Numbered from the stretch's first letter, positions 13,285-26,407 are shown. The stretch is DNA of 64,000 nt from Mobula hypostoma (GCF_963921235.1 NC_086097.1:226922001-226986000); one strand, 5' to 3'. Translations and numbers: made by a program. Notes: generated by a model from the letters alone, not told the origin.

Positions 13285-14789
13285 AGAATAAGCCAGGAAA
13301 TTATTAGCCGATGAGGCTAACATCAGTAAGTGGGAAAGTTATTGGAAAGTATTCTAAGGGACCAGACATATCAGCGTATGGATAGACAGGAACTGATTAG
13401 GAATAGTCAACATGTCTTTGTACATTTTACATTGTGTCCAGCCAATCTTGTGGAGATTTTTTTTGAGGCGGTTGCCAGGAAAGTTGAAGAAGGCAAGGTA
13501 GTGGATGTTGCCTAAATGCATTTCAGTAAGACCTTTGACAAGGTCCCATTAGGGAGATTGGTCATGAAGGTTCAGTCACTTGGCATTCAAGATGAGGTAG
13601 TACATTGAATTAGTCATTGGCTTCATGGGAGAAACCAGAGAGTGGTAGTAGATGGTTGCCTCTCTGACTGAAAGCCTGTGACTAGTGGAGTGCTACGGGG
13701 ATCAGTGTTGAGTCCGTTGATGTTTATCATCAATATCAATGATCTGGATGATAATGTAGTTAACTGGATCAGCAAATTTGCAGGTGACACTTAATATTGG
13801 GGGTATAGTAGACAGCGAGAAAGACTATCAAAGTTTGGAGTAGGATCAGGACCAGCTGGATAAATGGGTGGAAAAATAGCAGATGGGATTTAATGCAGAC
13901 AAGTGTGAGATGTTGCGCTTTGGGCGGACCAGCTAGGGTAGGTCTTAACGTGGTGAAGAGTAGGTCTTACATGGTGAAAGGTTGGGCACTGGGGAGTGCT
14001 GTAGAACAGGGGGATCTAGAAATGCAGATCGATAATTCCTCAAAAGTGACGTCATAGGTAGAAAGGGTTGTAATGAAAGCTTTTGGTACATTGACTTTCA
14101 TAAATCAGTGTATTGAGTGCAGGAATTGGGATGTTGAAATTGTATGAGACATTGGTGAGGCCTAATTTGGAGTCGTGTGCAGTTTTGTTCACCTATTTAC
14201 AGGAAACGTGTAAATAAGATTGAAAAAGTACAGAGAAAATTTAAAAGTGTGTTGCTACGATTTGAGGAAGTGAGTTATAGTGAAAGGTTGAATAGGTTTG
14301 GACTTTATTCCCTAGAACGTAGAAGAGTGAGGGGAGATTTGACAGAGTTATGCAAAATTATGAGTGATATAGATAGGGTAAATACAGCAGGCTTTTTCTA
14401 CTGCGGTTGGGTGAGTCTACAACTAGAGGTAATCGTTTACGGGTGTAATGTAAAATATCTAAGGGGAACATGAGGGGGATCTTCTTCGCTCAGTGGGTGG
14501 TGGGTGTGGAGTGAGTTGCCAGCTGAAGTGGTGGATGTGGGTTTCATTTCAGAGCCTATCTGCCTAATAAAGCAATGAATAATTTTGTAGATGGTACATT
14601 TGGATGCTATTTACTCACAGTAACTTGGCATTTCAGTGTTTAATATTGGTTCTTCTAGGATTAATTAGCTCCATAATGGATGATTCAAAAATAGGTTAAT
14701 GAGCTGATTTACAGATGTAAGGTAGGGTAACGCCTTTTGAAATTAATGGCAGATTTGTCTGAATGTTGTGCCAAGAAGCCCTAATAACA

Positions 14790-15125
14790 CTGAAGCCAAG
14801 AAAAACTAGTTGGAACACTCACTACAGGCTGGAGTCATGCCTGGTGCAAAGGAAGATGGTTGTAATAGTGGAAGACATGTCAAGTCATCTCAGCTTCAGA
14901 GCAGTGTTCCAGGCACCCCACCTGCTGCAAATTCCCTTTCCAGTTGGACACAATCCTGACTTGGAAATATATTGCAAATCCTTCATTGTCATCAAGTTAA
15001 AATTCTGGGGCTTCTTAACTGACAACAGTGGATATATCATCAACACAGCTATGCTGGTTCAAGTTAATGTCTCACCATTACTTTCTCAAGAATAATTATA
15101 GTTGAAGTAAATGCTGGTCCTGCTT
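14790..15125 (+). mobile_element. Ancient CR1 fragment
   Basis: RLESCLVQRKMVVIVED resembles the CR1 RT segment WLESYLxQRKMVVVV. Confidence 0.55.
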
Positions 15126-15438
15126 GATATCTATATGTAACTGTGCATGTACTTCATCTGTCATGACAGTGGCATTTTCTTGTGAATTACATCAAGTTCT
15201 ATTAGCATTTTGTTAATTTAACAGGAAATTGTGATCCACCATTTAAATAATTAACACAGTTTAGCTATGAATGGTTTGAACTTCCTTACCAGTCCAATCA
15301 AACAGAATTGGGTGGACCAGAGAAATAATTGATGAAAATGAGCATATGCTATGTCAAGCCGAAATCAATTTTCTGAAATTTTAGTAGCATTAAATAAAGT
15401 AATTTTGCTGGAAACTAACTAAGCTGCTGGTGTGAATA

Positions 15439-15565
15439 ACAGGAATTCTGCAGATGCTGGAAATTCAAGCAACACACATCAAAGTTGCTGGTGAACGCAG
15501 CAGGCCAGGCAGTATCTGTAGGAAGAGGTGCAGTCGACGTTTCAGGCCGAGACCCTTCGTCAGGA
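15439..15565 (-). mobile_element. 127 bp PLE family A mini-insertion
   Basis: 12-bp TSD ctggtgtgaata at 15427-15438 and 15566-15577. Confidence 0.9.
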
Positions 15566-15568
15566 CTG
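15531..15568 (-). ncRNA. Minimal hammerhead ribozyme, family A
   Basis: Reverse complement CAGTC-CTGACGA-agggtctcggcct-GAAA-CGTC-GACTG. Confidence 0.8.
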
Positions 15569-18207
15569 GTGTGAATACTGGCTCTTCAGAAAGAGTTCTC
15601 AGTTTCTTTTTATTAGATGTACCAGTGGAAGCATGTTTTAAAAATGTTATTTAATTAAAATTAACTTTCTAAACTTTACACTAATTAAACTAGGAAACTG
15701 GTTCAGATTAGATTCTTAGTTTGCCTCTACTTTTAAAGTTAGGTTATGTGTAGTTGGAGAAATAAACATCTAGATTAAAATAAGTCTTTTTTCTGTGAGG
15801 TTCATTTTCACACTGCTACCACCTTCTTGCCTCAATAGCTTTTTTGTTGCATTGAAAAATATATTCTGTAATGCCAACTCGTTTCTGGAATAGATTGAAA
15901 GAAAGTTAAATCCATTTAAGAATAATGAATATTCAACCCTGTCTCAGATTTGTTTAGAGCAATAAATTTATGACAATATGAAAAATTGTAAGTATTGCAG
16001 ATTAAATTTACTTGAGGCCGCCCAGTGGCCAGATTGTGCAAGTATGTTGAAAATCGCCCCATGAGCCACCTAGTGACTATGACTTGTAATTGTGTCAATT
16101 TACAGGAGCATTAATTGGAAAATATTTGTATCAGCATACTATGGGAAAGGTTGATGCAAGTATGGAGGAAAAATGACTAATATAAGAATACTTACTAGAT
16201 AGGATGTAATTTTTGACAGTCTGAGGGAATGTCAAATCTCCATTGAATTGTGCTTATTATACATCGGCTCGGTTACTGAAAAGATCTTGCTCTGACATGA
16301 ATTATTCACTCTGATGCACTTCAGTCTTCATTGTGCATTTACTGATTTGCATTAATGATCACCTAATCCTGAGTTTGTATATGTACAGATCAAATAATCT
16401 GATACTTATTCCTGGGATAACTTGCAAATGCTTCTTCCGTTCCTGAAAATTAAATCCTATTTTCTACAATATTCAGTTGTTGAAGAACTCAGGGAATCTA
16501 TTCCTGGCTATTATAACTATCTTCTCAAATGCTACATTCGATAGAAGGTTGAATTAATTGTGCAATAGTGTTTTGAATTTAAGCAAAGAATAGATACTTG
16601 CAATGCAGTCTAATATATCTATAGATATTATCAGAAACTATGCTTTTTCCTGCTGTTGGACTTTGTGTAGCCACTCAAAAGACAACTCAAAATTTAAGAT
16701 AGTAAGCCTAACGCCTATTTGTTGAAGGTTATGTCCTTTGAATGAAACTGGGTTATGACTAAATGTCACACATGAAGAAGATCAAGCTGTGGATCTATCT
16801 AAATAGGTCTACATCTAGAAACATAGAAACATGGAAAACCCTACAGCACAATACAGGCCCTTTGGCCCACAAAGTTGTGCCGAACATGTCCCGACCTTAG
16901 AAGTTACTAAGGTTACCCATAGACCTCTATTTTTCTAAGCTTCATGTACCTATCCAAAAATCTCTTAAAAGACCCTATTGTATCTGCCTCCACCACTGTG
17001 GCCGGCAGCCCATTCCACGCGCTCACCGTCCTCTGCGTAAAAAAACTTACCCTGACATCTCCTCTGTACCTACTCCCAAGCACCTTAAAACTGTGCCCTC
17101 TTGTGGCAGCCATTTCAGCCCTGGGAAAAAGCCTCTGACTATCCACATGATCAATGTCTCTCATCATCTTATACACCTCTATCAGGTCACCTCTCATCCT
17201 CCGTCGCTCCAAGGAGAAAAGGCTGAGTTCACTCAACCTGTTTTCATAAGGCATGCTCCCCATTCCAGGCAACATCCTTGTAAACCTCCTCTGCACCCTT
17301 TCTATGGTTTCCACATCCTTCCTGTAGTGAGGCAAGCAGAACTGAGTATTCCAAGTGGGGTCTGACCAGGGTCCTATATAGCTGCAACATTACCTCTCAG
17401 CTCCTAAATACAATTCCACTATTGATGAAGACCAGTACACTGTATGCCTTCTTAACCACAGAGTCAACCTGCGCAACTGCTTTGAGCGTCCTATGGACTT
17501 GGACCCCAAGATCCCTCTGATCCTCCACACTGCCAAGAGTCTTACTGTTAATACTATATTCTGCCATCATATTTGACCTTTCAAAATGAACCACTTCACA
17601 TATATTTGGGTTGAGCTCCATCTGCCACTTCCCAGCCCAGTTTTGCATCCTATCAATGTCCTGCTGTAACCTCTGACTGCCCTACACACTATCTACAACA
17701 CCCCCAACCTTTGTGTCATCAGCAAATTTACCAACCCATTCCTCCACTTCCTCATCCAGGTCATTTATAAAAATCACAAAGAGTAAGGGTTCCAGAACAA
17801 ATCCCTGAGGCACATCACTGGTCACCGACCTCCATGCAGAATATGACCCGTCTACAGCCACTCTTTGCCTTCTGTTGGCAAGCCAGTTCTGGATCCACAG
17901 AGCAATGTCCCCTTGGATCCCATGTCTCCTTACTTCTCAATAAGCCTTGCATGGGGTACCTTATCAAATGCCTTGCTGAAATCCATTTCCACTACATTAC
18001 TGCTCTTTCTTCATCAATGTGTTTAGTCATATCCTCAAAAAATTCTATCAGGCTCGTAAGGCACAACCTGCCCTTTAGAAAGCCATGCTGACTATTCCTG
18101 ATCATACTATGCCTCTCCAAATGTTCATAAATCCTGCCTCTCAGTATCTTCTCCATCAACTTACCAACCACTGAAGTAAGGCTCACTGGTCTATAATTTC
18201 CTGGGCT

Positions 18208-18338
18208 GTATGGCCAGGAAAGGAATGGAGGGTTATGGGCTGAGTGCAGGTCGGTGGGACTAGGTGAGAGTAAGCGTTCGGCACGGACTAGAAGGGTCGA
18301 GATGGCCTGTTTCTGTGCTGTAATTGTTATATGGTTAT
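18208..18338 (+). mobile_element. 5'-truncated CR1 3' UTR inserted into CR1
   Basis: Host junction cctgggct|atctctac is split; insert ends ggcctgtttctgtgctgtaattgttatatggttat. Confidence 0.75.
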
Positions 18339-18555
18339 ATCTCTACTCCCTTTCTTGAATAAGGGAACAACATCCGCAACCCTCCAATCCTCCGGATCCT
18401 CTCCCATCCCCATTGATGATGCAAAGATCATTGCCAGAGGCTCAGCAATCTCCTCCCTTGCCTCCCACAGTAGCCTGGGGTACATCTCATCTGGTCCTGG
18501 CGACCTATCCAACTTGAAGCTTTCCAAAAACTCCAGCACATCCTCTTTCTTAATA

Positions 18556-19392
18556 CAGGTTCATAATCCCTTATCCGAAATTCTGAAATCCAAAAAGTTC
18601 TGAAAACCGAAGTTTTTTCCGCCAACAGCTGACATCACTCAGGTGTGATGTGGCAGCGCTAGCAGAGGCCGTCAGACGTCAGTTGTGACTCAGCGCTCGT
18701 ACTGGTTACACGTGCATTTGCTGTTCGCTGATATTTTGTGTTCAGTGTTGACTTTGTGTTTAATTTCACTGTGAAAATGTCAAAAAGAGCTGCAGATACC
18801 CCTATGGGTAACAATGAGAAAAAGAGAAGGAAGCATCTATCATTATCAATAACACAGAAAGTGGAGTTATTGCAGAAGTTTGATCGTGGTGTGTCTGTGC
18901 AGCGTCTTACTGAAGAATATGGTGTCAGAACTGCCACTGTATATGATTTAAAACGTTACTGAAGTTTTATAGTGGCAGTGACATTCTACATTTATTCCAA
19001 TAAGTCATTTACCATGTGTTTGATTCGGTTCATTTGAAGCTGTATATTTTTACGTTTTATTGAATGTTTTTTTTCTTGTCATTATTCCCTAAACAATATA
19101 GTATAACAACTATTTACATAACATTTACATTGTATTAGGTATCATAAGTAATCTAGAGATGATTTAAGGTATACGGGAGGATGTGTGTAGGTCCGGAGTT
19201 CTGCTGGGTCCTAAAGTCCACCGTATTGAGACAGGTTAAATAAGGGACTTGAGCATACATGCTTTTTGGTATCTGCGGTGGAGGTGGGGTGGGGGGTTCC
19301 GGAACCAATAAGGAGGGATTCTGACATCCGAAAAATTATGAATTCCGAAATGCAACTGGCCCCAAGGATTTCGATAAGGGATTGTGGACCTG
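18556..19392 (+). mobile_element. Non-autonomous Tigger (Tigger4/Zombi-like) element
   Basis: TA TSD; TIRs caggttcataatcccttatccgaaat / caggtccacaatcccttatcgaaat; CENP-B-type HTH start MSKRAADTPMGNNEKKRRKHLSLSITQKVELL. Confidence 0.9.
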
Positions 19393-20093
19393 TATCTACA
19401 TGCTCAAGCTTTTCAGTCTGCTGCAAGTCATCACTACAATCACCAAGAGCCTTTTCCATGGTGAATACTGAAGTAAAGTATTCATTAAGTACATTTGCTA
19501 TTCCTTCCGGTTCCATACAGACTTCCCCACTGTCACACTTGATAGGTCCTATTCTTTCATGTCTTATCCTCTTGCTCTTCACATACTTGTAGAATGCCAT
19601 GGGGTTTTCCTTAATCCTGCCTTCTCATGGCCCTTTCTGGCTGTCCTAATTTCCTTCTTAAGCTCCTTCCTGTTAGCCTTATAATCTTCTAGCTCTCAAA
19701 AATAACCTAGCTCCCTGAACCTTTTGTAAGCTTTTCTTCTTAACTAGATTTACTACAGCCTTTGTACACCAGGTTCCTGTACCCTACCATAACTTCCCTG
19801 TCTCATTGGAACGTATCTATGCAGAACTTCACACAAATATCCCCTGAACATTTGCCACATTTCTTCCGTACTTTTCCCTGAGAACATCTGTTCCCAATTT
19901 AAGCTTCCAAGTTCTTGCCTGATAGCCTCATAATTCCCCTTACTCCAATTAAACGCTTTTCTAACTTGTCTGTTCCTATCTCTCTCCAATGCTATTGTAA
20001 AGGAGATAGAATTATGATCACTATCTCCAAAATGCTCTCCCACTGAGAGACCTGACACCTGACCAGGTTCATTTCCCAATACCAAATCAAGTA

Positions 20094-20794
20094 CAGTCGG
20101 CCCTCCGTATCCACGGGTTCCGCATCCGCAGTTTCAACCGACCGTGGATCGGGAAAACCCGGAAGTTCTCTCTCTAGCACTCGTTGTTTGAGCATTGTTC
20201 GCCTTGCATCTCGTTGGGTTGCAAAGAAGCAATTACCATTAATTTATATGGGAAAAATTCTTGAGCGTTCCCACACCCAAAAAATAACCTGCCAAATCAT
20301 ACCAAATAACACATAAAACCTAAAATAACACTAACATATAGTAAAAGCAGGAATGATATGCTACTAGCAGAACCAATTGTAACATCGGCAGCTTTCAAGA
20401 TTCTTTCTCTCTGCATGTAAATACAGTAGTACGAATGGTGGACGCAGGCAAGTTCAACGCATGCACAATGTCTTTATTTCGTTCACCACGATTGATTAAT
20501 TACTTCCAGTTTTACGCTAAGCGTTACACCCTTTCTTAGGCTTTTCTATTACCTTAGGACACATCTTGCTAATGGATGCATGAAATAAATAGAGATAAAG
20601 CACTCTGGCTGTGCGGGGTGTGAGCTGCCTCTATAACAGCTCACTGCATAAAAATGCTGAACGCTATTTTTGCTTTTTGTAACACCCTTAAGAGCTCTCT
20701 TAGGCTTTTATATAAGGTACTTGAGCATCCATGAATTTTGGTATCTACGGGGGGGTCCCGGAACCAATCCCCCGCGGATACGGAGGGCTGACTG
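20094..20794 (-). mobile_element. Non-autonomous Tigger (MER2-like) element
   Basis: TA TSD; TIRs cagtc(g/a)gccctccgtatcc; minus-strand transposase remnant RGERNKDIVHALNLPASTIRT. Confidence 0.9.
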
Positions 20795-21043
20795 TACAGT
20801 CTCTCCTCTTGTAGGCTTATCTACATATTGTGTTAAGAAACCTTCCTGAACACACCTAACAAGTTCCACACCATCTAAGCCCCTTGGTCTAGGGAGATGC
20901 CAGTCAATATTTGGAAAACTAAAATCTCCAACCACAACAACCCTGTTATTATTAACACAAAATAATCTGCAGATGCTGGGATCGAAGCAACACTCACAAC
21001 ACACTGCAGGAACTCAGCAGGTTGGGCAGCATCCGTGGAAACG

Positions 21044-21079
21044 AGTCGACGTTTCGGGCTGGAACCCTTCATCAGGACT
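21044..21079 (-). ncRNA. Minimal hammerhead ribozyme, family A, intact core
   Basis: Reverse complement AGTC-CTGATGA-a-GGGT-tcca-GCCC-GAAA-CGTC-GACT. Confidence 0.85.
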
Positions 21080-21543
21080 GAAGAGGGAAGGGGCAGAGGC
21101 CCTATAAAGAAGGTGGGGGAGGGTTGGAAGGAGAAGGCTGGTAGGTTCAGTTGAAAAACCAGTAATTTGAAAGACAAAGGGATGGGGGAGGGGTAGCAGG
21201 GAGGTGATAGGCGGGAAAACAATGGGTAGTAGAAGGAGGCAGAACCATGAGGGAGGTGATAGGCAGCTGGGGGAGGGGGCAGAGTGAAATAGGGATAGAG
21301 GAAGGGAGGGGGAAGGAATTACCAGAAGCTGGAGAATTCTGTGTTCATACCAAGGGGCTGGAGACTACCTCGACGGTATATGAGGTGTTGCTCCTCCAAC
21401 CTGAGTTTAGCCTCATCATGGCGGTAGAGGAGGCTGTGTATGAACATATCTGAATGGGAATGGGAAGCAAAGTTGAAGTGGGTGGCTACCGGGAGATCCT
21501 GTCTGTTGTGGCGGACAGAGTGGAGGTGCTTGACGAAGCGGTC

Positions 21544-21689
21544 CCTCAATCTGCATTGGGTTTTACGGATGTAGCGGAGGCCGCACCGGGAGCACCGGAT
21601 GCAATAGATGACCCCACCTCAATCTGCGTTGGGTTTTACGGATGTAGCGGAGGCCGCATCGGGAGCACCGGATGCAATAGATGACCCCA
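21544..21689. repeat. 73-bp tandem duplication inside the PLE
   Basis: cctcaatctg...gatgacccca at 21544-21616 and 21617-21689. Confidence 0.9.
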
Positions 21690-22831
21690 ACAGACTCGCA
21701 AGTGAAGTGTTGCCTCACCTGGAAGAACCGTTTGGGGCCCTGAATGGTGGCAAGAGAGGAGGTATAGGGACAGGTGTAGCATTTACGCTTACAGGGATAA
21801 GTGCCGGGTGGGAGATCCGTGGGGAGGGATCGATCCCTGCGGAAAGTGGAGAGGGGTGGAGAGGGAAAAATGTGCTTAGTGGTGGGGTCCTGTTGAAGGT
21901 GGCGGAAGTTGCGGAGGTTAATGTGCTGGATCCGGAGGCTGGTGGGGTGGTCAGTGAGGACAAGGGAAACTCTGTCCCTGTTGTAGTGGCGGGAGGATGG
22001 GGTGAGGGCTGAAGTGCGGGAAATGGAGGAGATGCGGGTGAGGGCATCATTGATCACGGTTGAAGAGAAACCACGATCCTTAAAGAAAGAGGACATTTGA
22101 GATGTCCTGGAATGGAAAGCCTCATCCTGGGAGCAGATGAGGTGGAGACGGAGGAACTGAGAATAGGGAATGGCATTTTTGCATGTGGCGGGATGGGAAG
22201 AAGTTATTATTACACCTTTGCAGAATCTGTCTCCCTATCTGCTCCTGGATGTCCCTGTTACTATTGGGTGGTCCATAAAAAACACCCAGTAGAGTTATTG
22301 ACCCCTTCCTGTTCCTAACCTCCACCAACAGAGACTCTGTAGACAATCCCTCCATGGCATCCACCTTTTCTGCAGCCGTGACACTATCTCTGATCAACAG
22401 TGCCACACCCCCACCTCTTTTGCCTCCCTCCCTGTCCTTTCTGAAACATCTAAAATCCATCACTTGAAGTAACCATTCCTGTCTCTGAGCTATCCAACTG
22501 ACTGATGACAATAAAATTCTCACCTTACCACATTTAATTGTAACTGATAATGAGGTAACAGCTAGCAGAAAAAAACATGAATGTCACAGTTGTCAGCATT
22601 GACAAAACTCAGCATTAGTGACAGTGTTTAACAGAAATTCCCCACTCTTATTTGTATCTGGGCTCCCACATTCGTACTCGATACGGTCCAGCTAATTTTG
22701 TTCACTCTAGTCTAACTAACTTCCTTTTGTTCATTGTATAATTTCCAAATATAAATTCCAATCATATACTATCTTTTTAAATCCATCAACATTCAAGGCC
22801 ATGGCATAAGGTTTTTATAAAAACATGTTTT

Positions 22832-24880
22832 AGAAACAAAAAAATCTTCAGATGCTGGCAATCCAAGCAACACACACGCAAAATGCTGGAAGAACTCAGC
22901 AGGCCAGGTAGCATCTCTGCAAAAGAGTAAACAGTAGACCGTTTGGGCCAAGACCCTTCACCAGGACTGGAGAAAAAAAGATGAGAAGTCAGAGTAAGAA
23001 GGTGAGGGGGGAGGTGGTGGAAGAAATACAAATGGTAGGTGATTGGTGAAACCGGGAGTTGGGGGAGGGATGAAGTAAAGAGCTATGTTGATTAGTGAAG
23101 GAGATAAAGGGCTGGAGAAGGGGGAATCTGATGGGAGTGGACAGAAGGCCATGGAAGAAGGGAGGGGGGAGTACCAGAGGGAGGTGATAGGCTACTAAGG
23201 GGATAAGTTGGGGGAGTGAAACAGGAATGGGGAATTCTGAAGGCGGGGGGGGGGGGGGGGAGGCGGAGGGCTGGCACTACCGGAAGTTTGAGAAATCGAT
23301 CTTCATGCCAGCAGGTTGGAGGCTACCCACACGAAATATCGGGAGTTGCTTCTCTAACCTGAGTGTGGTCTCATTGCGGTAGTAGTCGAGGCCATGGACT
23401 GACATATTGGAATGGGAAGTGGAACTAAAATGGGTGGCCACTGGGAGACTCCACCTTTTTTGTGGACAGAGCATAGGTGCTCGGTGAAGTGGTCTCCCAA
23501 TCTAAGTCAGATCTCAGGAGATCTCAGGAGGCCACAAGAGGCCACACCGAGAGCATCAGATACAATAGTTGACTCCAACAGACTCACAGGTGAAGTGTCC
23601 CATCACCTCAAAGGTCTGTTTGGGCCCTGTATGGGAGTGAGGGAGGAGTTATAAGGGTAGGTGTAGCACTTGTTCTTGTAAGGCTAAGTGCCAGGAGGGA
23701 GATCACTGGGGAGGGATGAATGGAGAAGGGAGTCGCACAGGGAACGATCCCTGCAGAGAGCAGCAAGTTGGGGTGGGGGGGAGAGGAAAGATATGATTGG
23801 TGGTGGGATGCTGTTGGAGATGGCAGGAGTTATGGAGAATTATGTGCTGGATGTGGAGGCTGGTGGGGGTGGTACATGAGGGCAGGAAGAACCCTATCCC
23901 TGGTATGGTGGCAGGAGGATGGGGTGAGGGTAGACGTGTGCAAAATGGAAGAGATGCGGTTGAGGGCAGCGTTGATAGTAGAGGAAGGAAAGCCTCTTTC
24001 TTTGAAGAAGGTGGACATCTGCTTAGTTCTGGAATGAAAAGCCTCATCCTGAGAGCAGATGTGGCTGAATGGATGAATTGAGAGAAAGGGATGGCTTTTT
24101 TATAATAACAGGGTGGGAAGAGGTATAGTCCAGGTAGCAGTGAAGGTCAGTGGGTTTAGAAAAGATATTAGTAGATAAACTATCTCCAGAGGTAGAGACA
24201 GAGAGATCGAGAAAGGGGAGGGAGATGTTGGAACAGGTAAATTTAAGGACAGGGTGGAAGTTGGAGGCAAACTTGATGAAGTTGACGAGCTTGGCATGGG
24301 TGCAGGAAGCAGCACCAATTCAGTTGTCAATGTAGCATAGGAAAAATTGGGGAGTGATATCAGTATAGACTTGGAATATAGACTGTTTCATGTAGCTGAC
24401 AAAAAGGCAGGCATAGCTTGGACCCATGTGAGTACACATGGCTACACCTTTTGTTTGAAGGAAGTGGGAGGAGCTGAAAGAGAAATTATTGGTAATGAGG
24501 ACCAGTTCCACCAGATTGAAGATAGTAGTAGTGGAGTGGAACTGGTTCGGTCTGGTGTGCAGAAAAAAACAGAGAGCTTTGAGGCCTTCCTGATGGGGGA
24601 TGGAGGTGTATAGGGACTGGTCATCCTTAGTGAAAATAAGATGGTCGGGGCCAGGGAACTTGAAATTATTGAAAAGATCAAGAGCATGTTAAATGTCATG
24701 GATGTATGTAGGAAGGGACTGAACCGGGGGGATAAAACTGAGTCGAGTTATACAGATATAAGTTCAGTGGGGCAGGAAAAAACAGAATTAATAGGTTTAC
24801 CTGGACAGGCAGTTTTGTGGATCTTGGGGAGGAAGTAGAAATGGGAGGTGCGTGGTGAGGTAACCAACATTGATGGCAGT
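22832..24880 (-). mobile_element. PLE family A, degenerate RT, GIY-YIG and terminal repeat
   Basis: FLQTKGVAMCTHMGPSYACLF...YIDN RT motifs. Confidence 0.9.
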
Positions 24881-24959
24881 GGAGTCCATGTTCTGAATCT
24901 GTTTGGGATCATTTTAGGAATATTGTTTAGGAGGAAAGGATGTGAAAGGTTAAGGCAGG

Positions 24960-25450
24960 AACTTGCAGGTCTTAAGGCAGCTGATATGCATAGGCACAGT
25001 TGGTGGAGTGGCTAAATTTAAGCAAAATGCCAAATTAGAAGGCTTATAAGGTTGCATAATATAGGCATGGGAAGAGAGGAGATGAAAAAGTGAGAATGAT
25101 AATTTTCAAATTAAAGCATTGCTTAATCAGAAGCCAGTGTATGTCAGGAATCACCCAGGTTGGTTAAACAGAACCTGAGTGTTTTGGGTCAGAGTGTGTA
25201 CAGGGAAGAAGCCTGGTTAGAGATGCTTTGGATTGACAAGTATGTTTACAACAAAGATACGATGAAGATTGCAGCAACAGATGAAGTCAGGCTGGGCAGA
25301 GTGAAGTGGTATTATAGGTGGTGGTGTTAGTATGTGGTCCAAAGATCAACTGTAGGTGAAATGTGATGTTGAAGCAGTAAATAATCTGATTCAGTTTCAG
25401 ACAACTGTCAGAATAGGCTGGTCCATTGACTAATGGCAGTCAAAGGCTAT
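24960..25450 (-). mobile_element. Possible highly degraded L2-like LINE fragment
   Basis: Weak resemblance to fish L2 3' ORF sequence, recalled from memory. Confidence 0.3.
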
Positions 25451-25465
25451 TTCTAATGTCCTGAT

Positions 25466-25616
25466 TCAGTCCCTTCCTACCAACATCCGTGATACTTCAC
25501 ATGCTCTTGATCTTGTGATTTCAAGTTCCCTGGCCCCGATCATCTGATTTTTACTAAGGATGCCCAGTCCCTATACTCCTCATCTTTTTTTTCCTCCAGT
25601 CCTGCTGAAGGGTCTT
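25466..25616 (+). mobile_element. PLE RT fragment fused to a partial terminal repeat
   Basis: Inverted homolog of ~24600-24720 joined to ccagtcctgctgaagggtc. Confidence 0.7.
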
Positions 25617-26179
25617 GTTAGATGATCTTGATAAATGTAAATTAATGAAATTAGTGGTCTAATGATAAATCTTAATTAGATGTAGTGATGTCGACATGGG
25701 AAAAGGAGTAAGTGCACAAAATTCCTTGACCAGGTAAACACAGAATATTCTTTATAATTGGGGATCAGGTTTGCATTAGTGCTGAATATTGTGTTGAATA
25801 TTTAACATCAGTATTAGCTTCTTCCCAAAATGCCCCATTTGGCCATCTACTCAGTACAAAAAAAAGAGACCTACATCGAATCTGTATTTGAAGCAGTGTC
25901 CCTGTATTTTTCTATGTACGGTATATCTGACCTGAATCAGACAGATATAGACCAGTCCATTCCTCTCAGTCTCTGGTAAACACTTGGGTAAAGTGCTGAG
26001 CCTTTAATTAAAAAAAATACAATATCTGTCCCAATTCCAAGGACTGATGTTGTTGTTTAATAATACCTGACCAGATTGGAACCTGTTTGGTTTGGGTGGC
26101 CAAGCTTCTATTTGTTAAATTTGCAGGTTGTCTTATTCCAGCCATAAAAAGCAGAATAAAATGTAACTCAATGTATTAG

Positions 26180-26251
26180 ATGTTGGAAGACCCGAAACAC
26201 CCGATGATTTCAGGAACATCACTGAAGATGTGTCCAGAAGCATCAGTAGAT
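26180..26251 (+). CDS. Candidate host-gene exon A (MLEDPKHPMISGTSLKMCPEASVD; alternative frame VGRPETPDDFRNITEDVSRSISR)
   Basis: Unique DNA; donor T|gtatgt at 26252; possible acceptors ending at 26126, 26141 or 26179; 72 nt. Confidence 0.35.
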
Positions 26252-26287
26252 GTATGTACACAGCAGAACTTTCACAAGCAAAAGAAA

Positions 26288-26407
26288 ATCTGCAGATGCT
26301 GAAAATCTAAGCAACACACACAAAATGCTGGAGGTACTCGGCATGCCAGGGAGCATCTACGGAAAGGAGTATAGTCAACGCTTTGGGCCGAGAGCCTTCA
26401 TCAGGAC
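26288..26407 (-). mobile_element. PLE family A mini-insertion
   Basis: Duplication cacaagcaa(a/g)agaaa at 26273-26287 and 26408-26422; ends at hammerhead stem I. Confidence 0.85.

Larger units (their letters stand above)
6140..14530 (+). mobile_element. Older CR1 split by nested insertions (pieces ~6140-6999, 12462-12485, 13285-14530)
   Basis: ORF2 breaks at EDWKTADV, resumes as ANVVPLF at 12462 and NKPGNY...GKLLESILRD at 13285. Confidence 0.8.
20955..22202 (-). mobile_element. 5'-truncated PLE family A inserted into CR1
   Basis: GVIYCIRCSRCGLRYI (GIY-YIG); 10-bp TSD gttattatta at 20945-20954 and 22203-22212. Confidence 0.92.
16815..22497 (-). mobile_element. CR1 ORF2 copy carrying four nested insertions
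   Basis: Same family as 8040-11625; collinear EN-RT pieces on either side of each insertion; tagaaacatagaaac tail at the left end. Confidence 0.93.
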
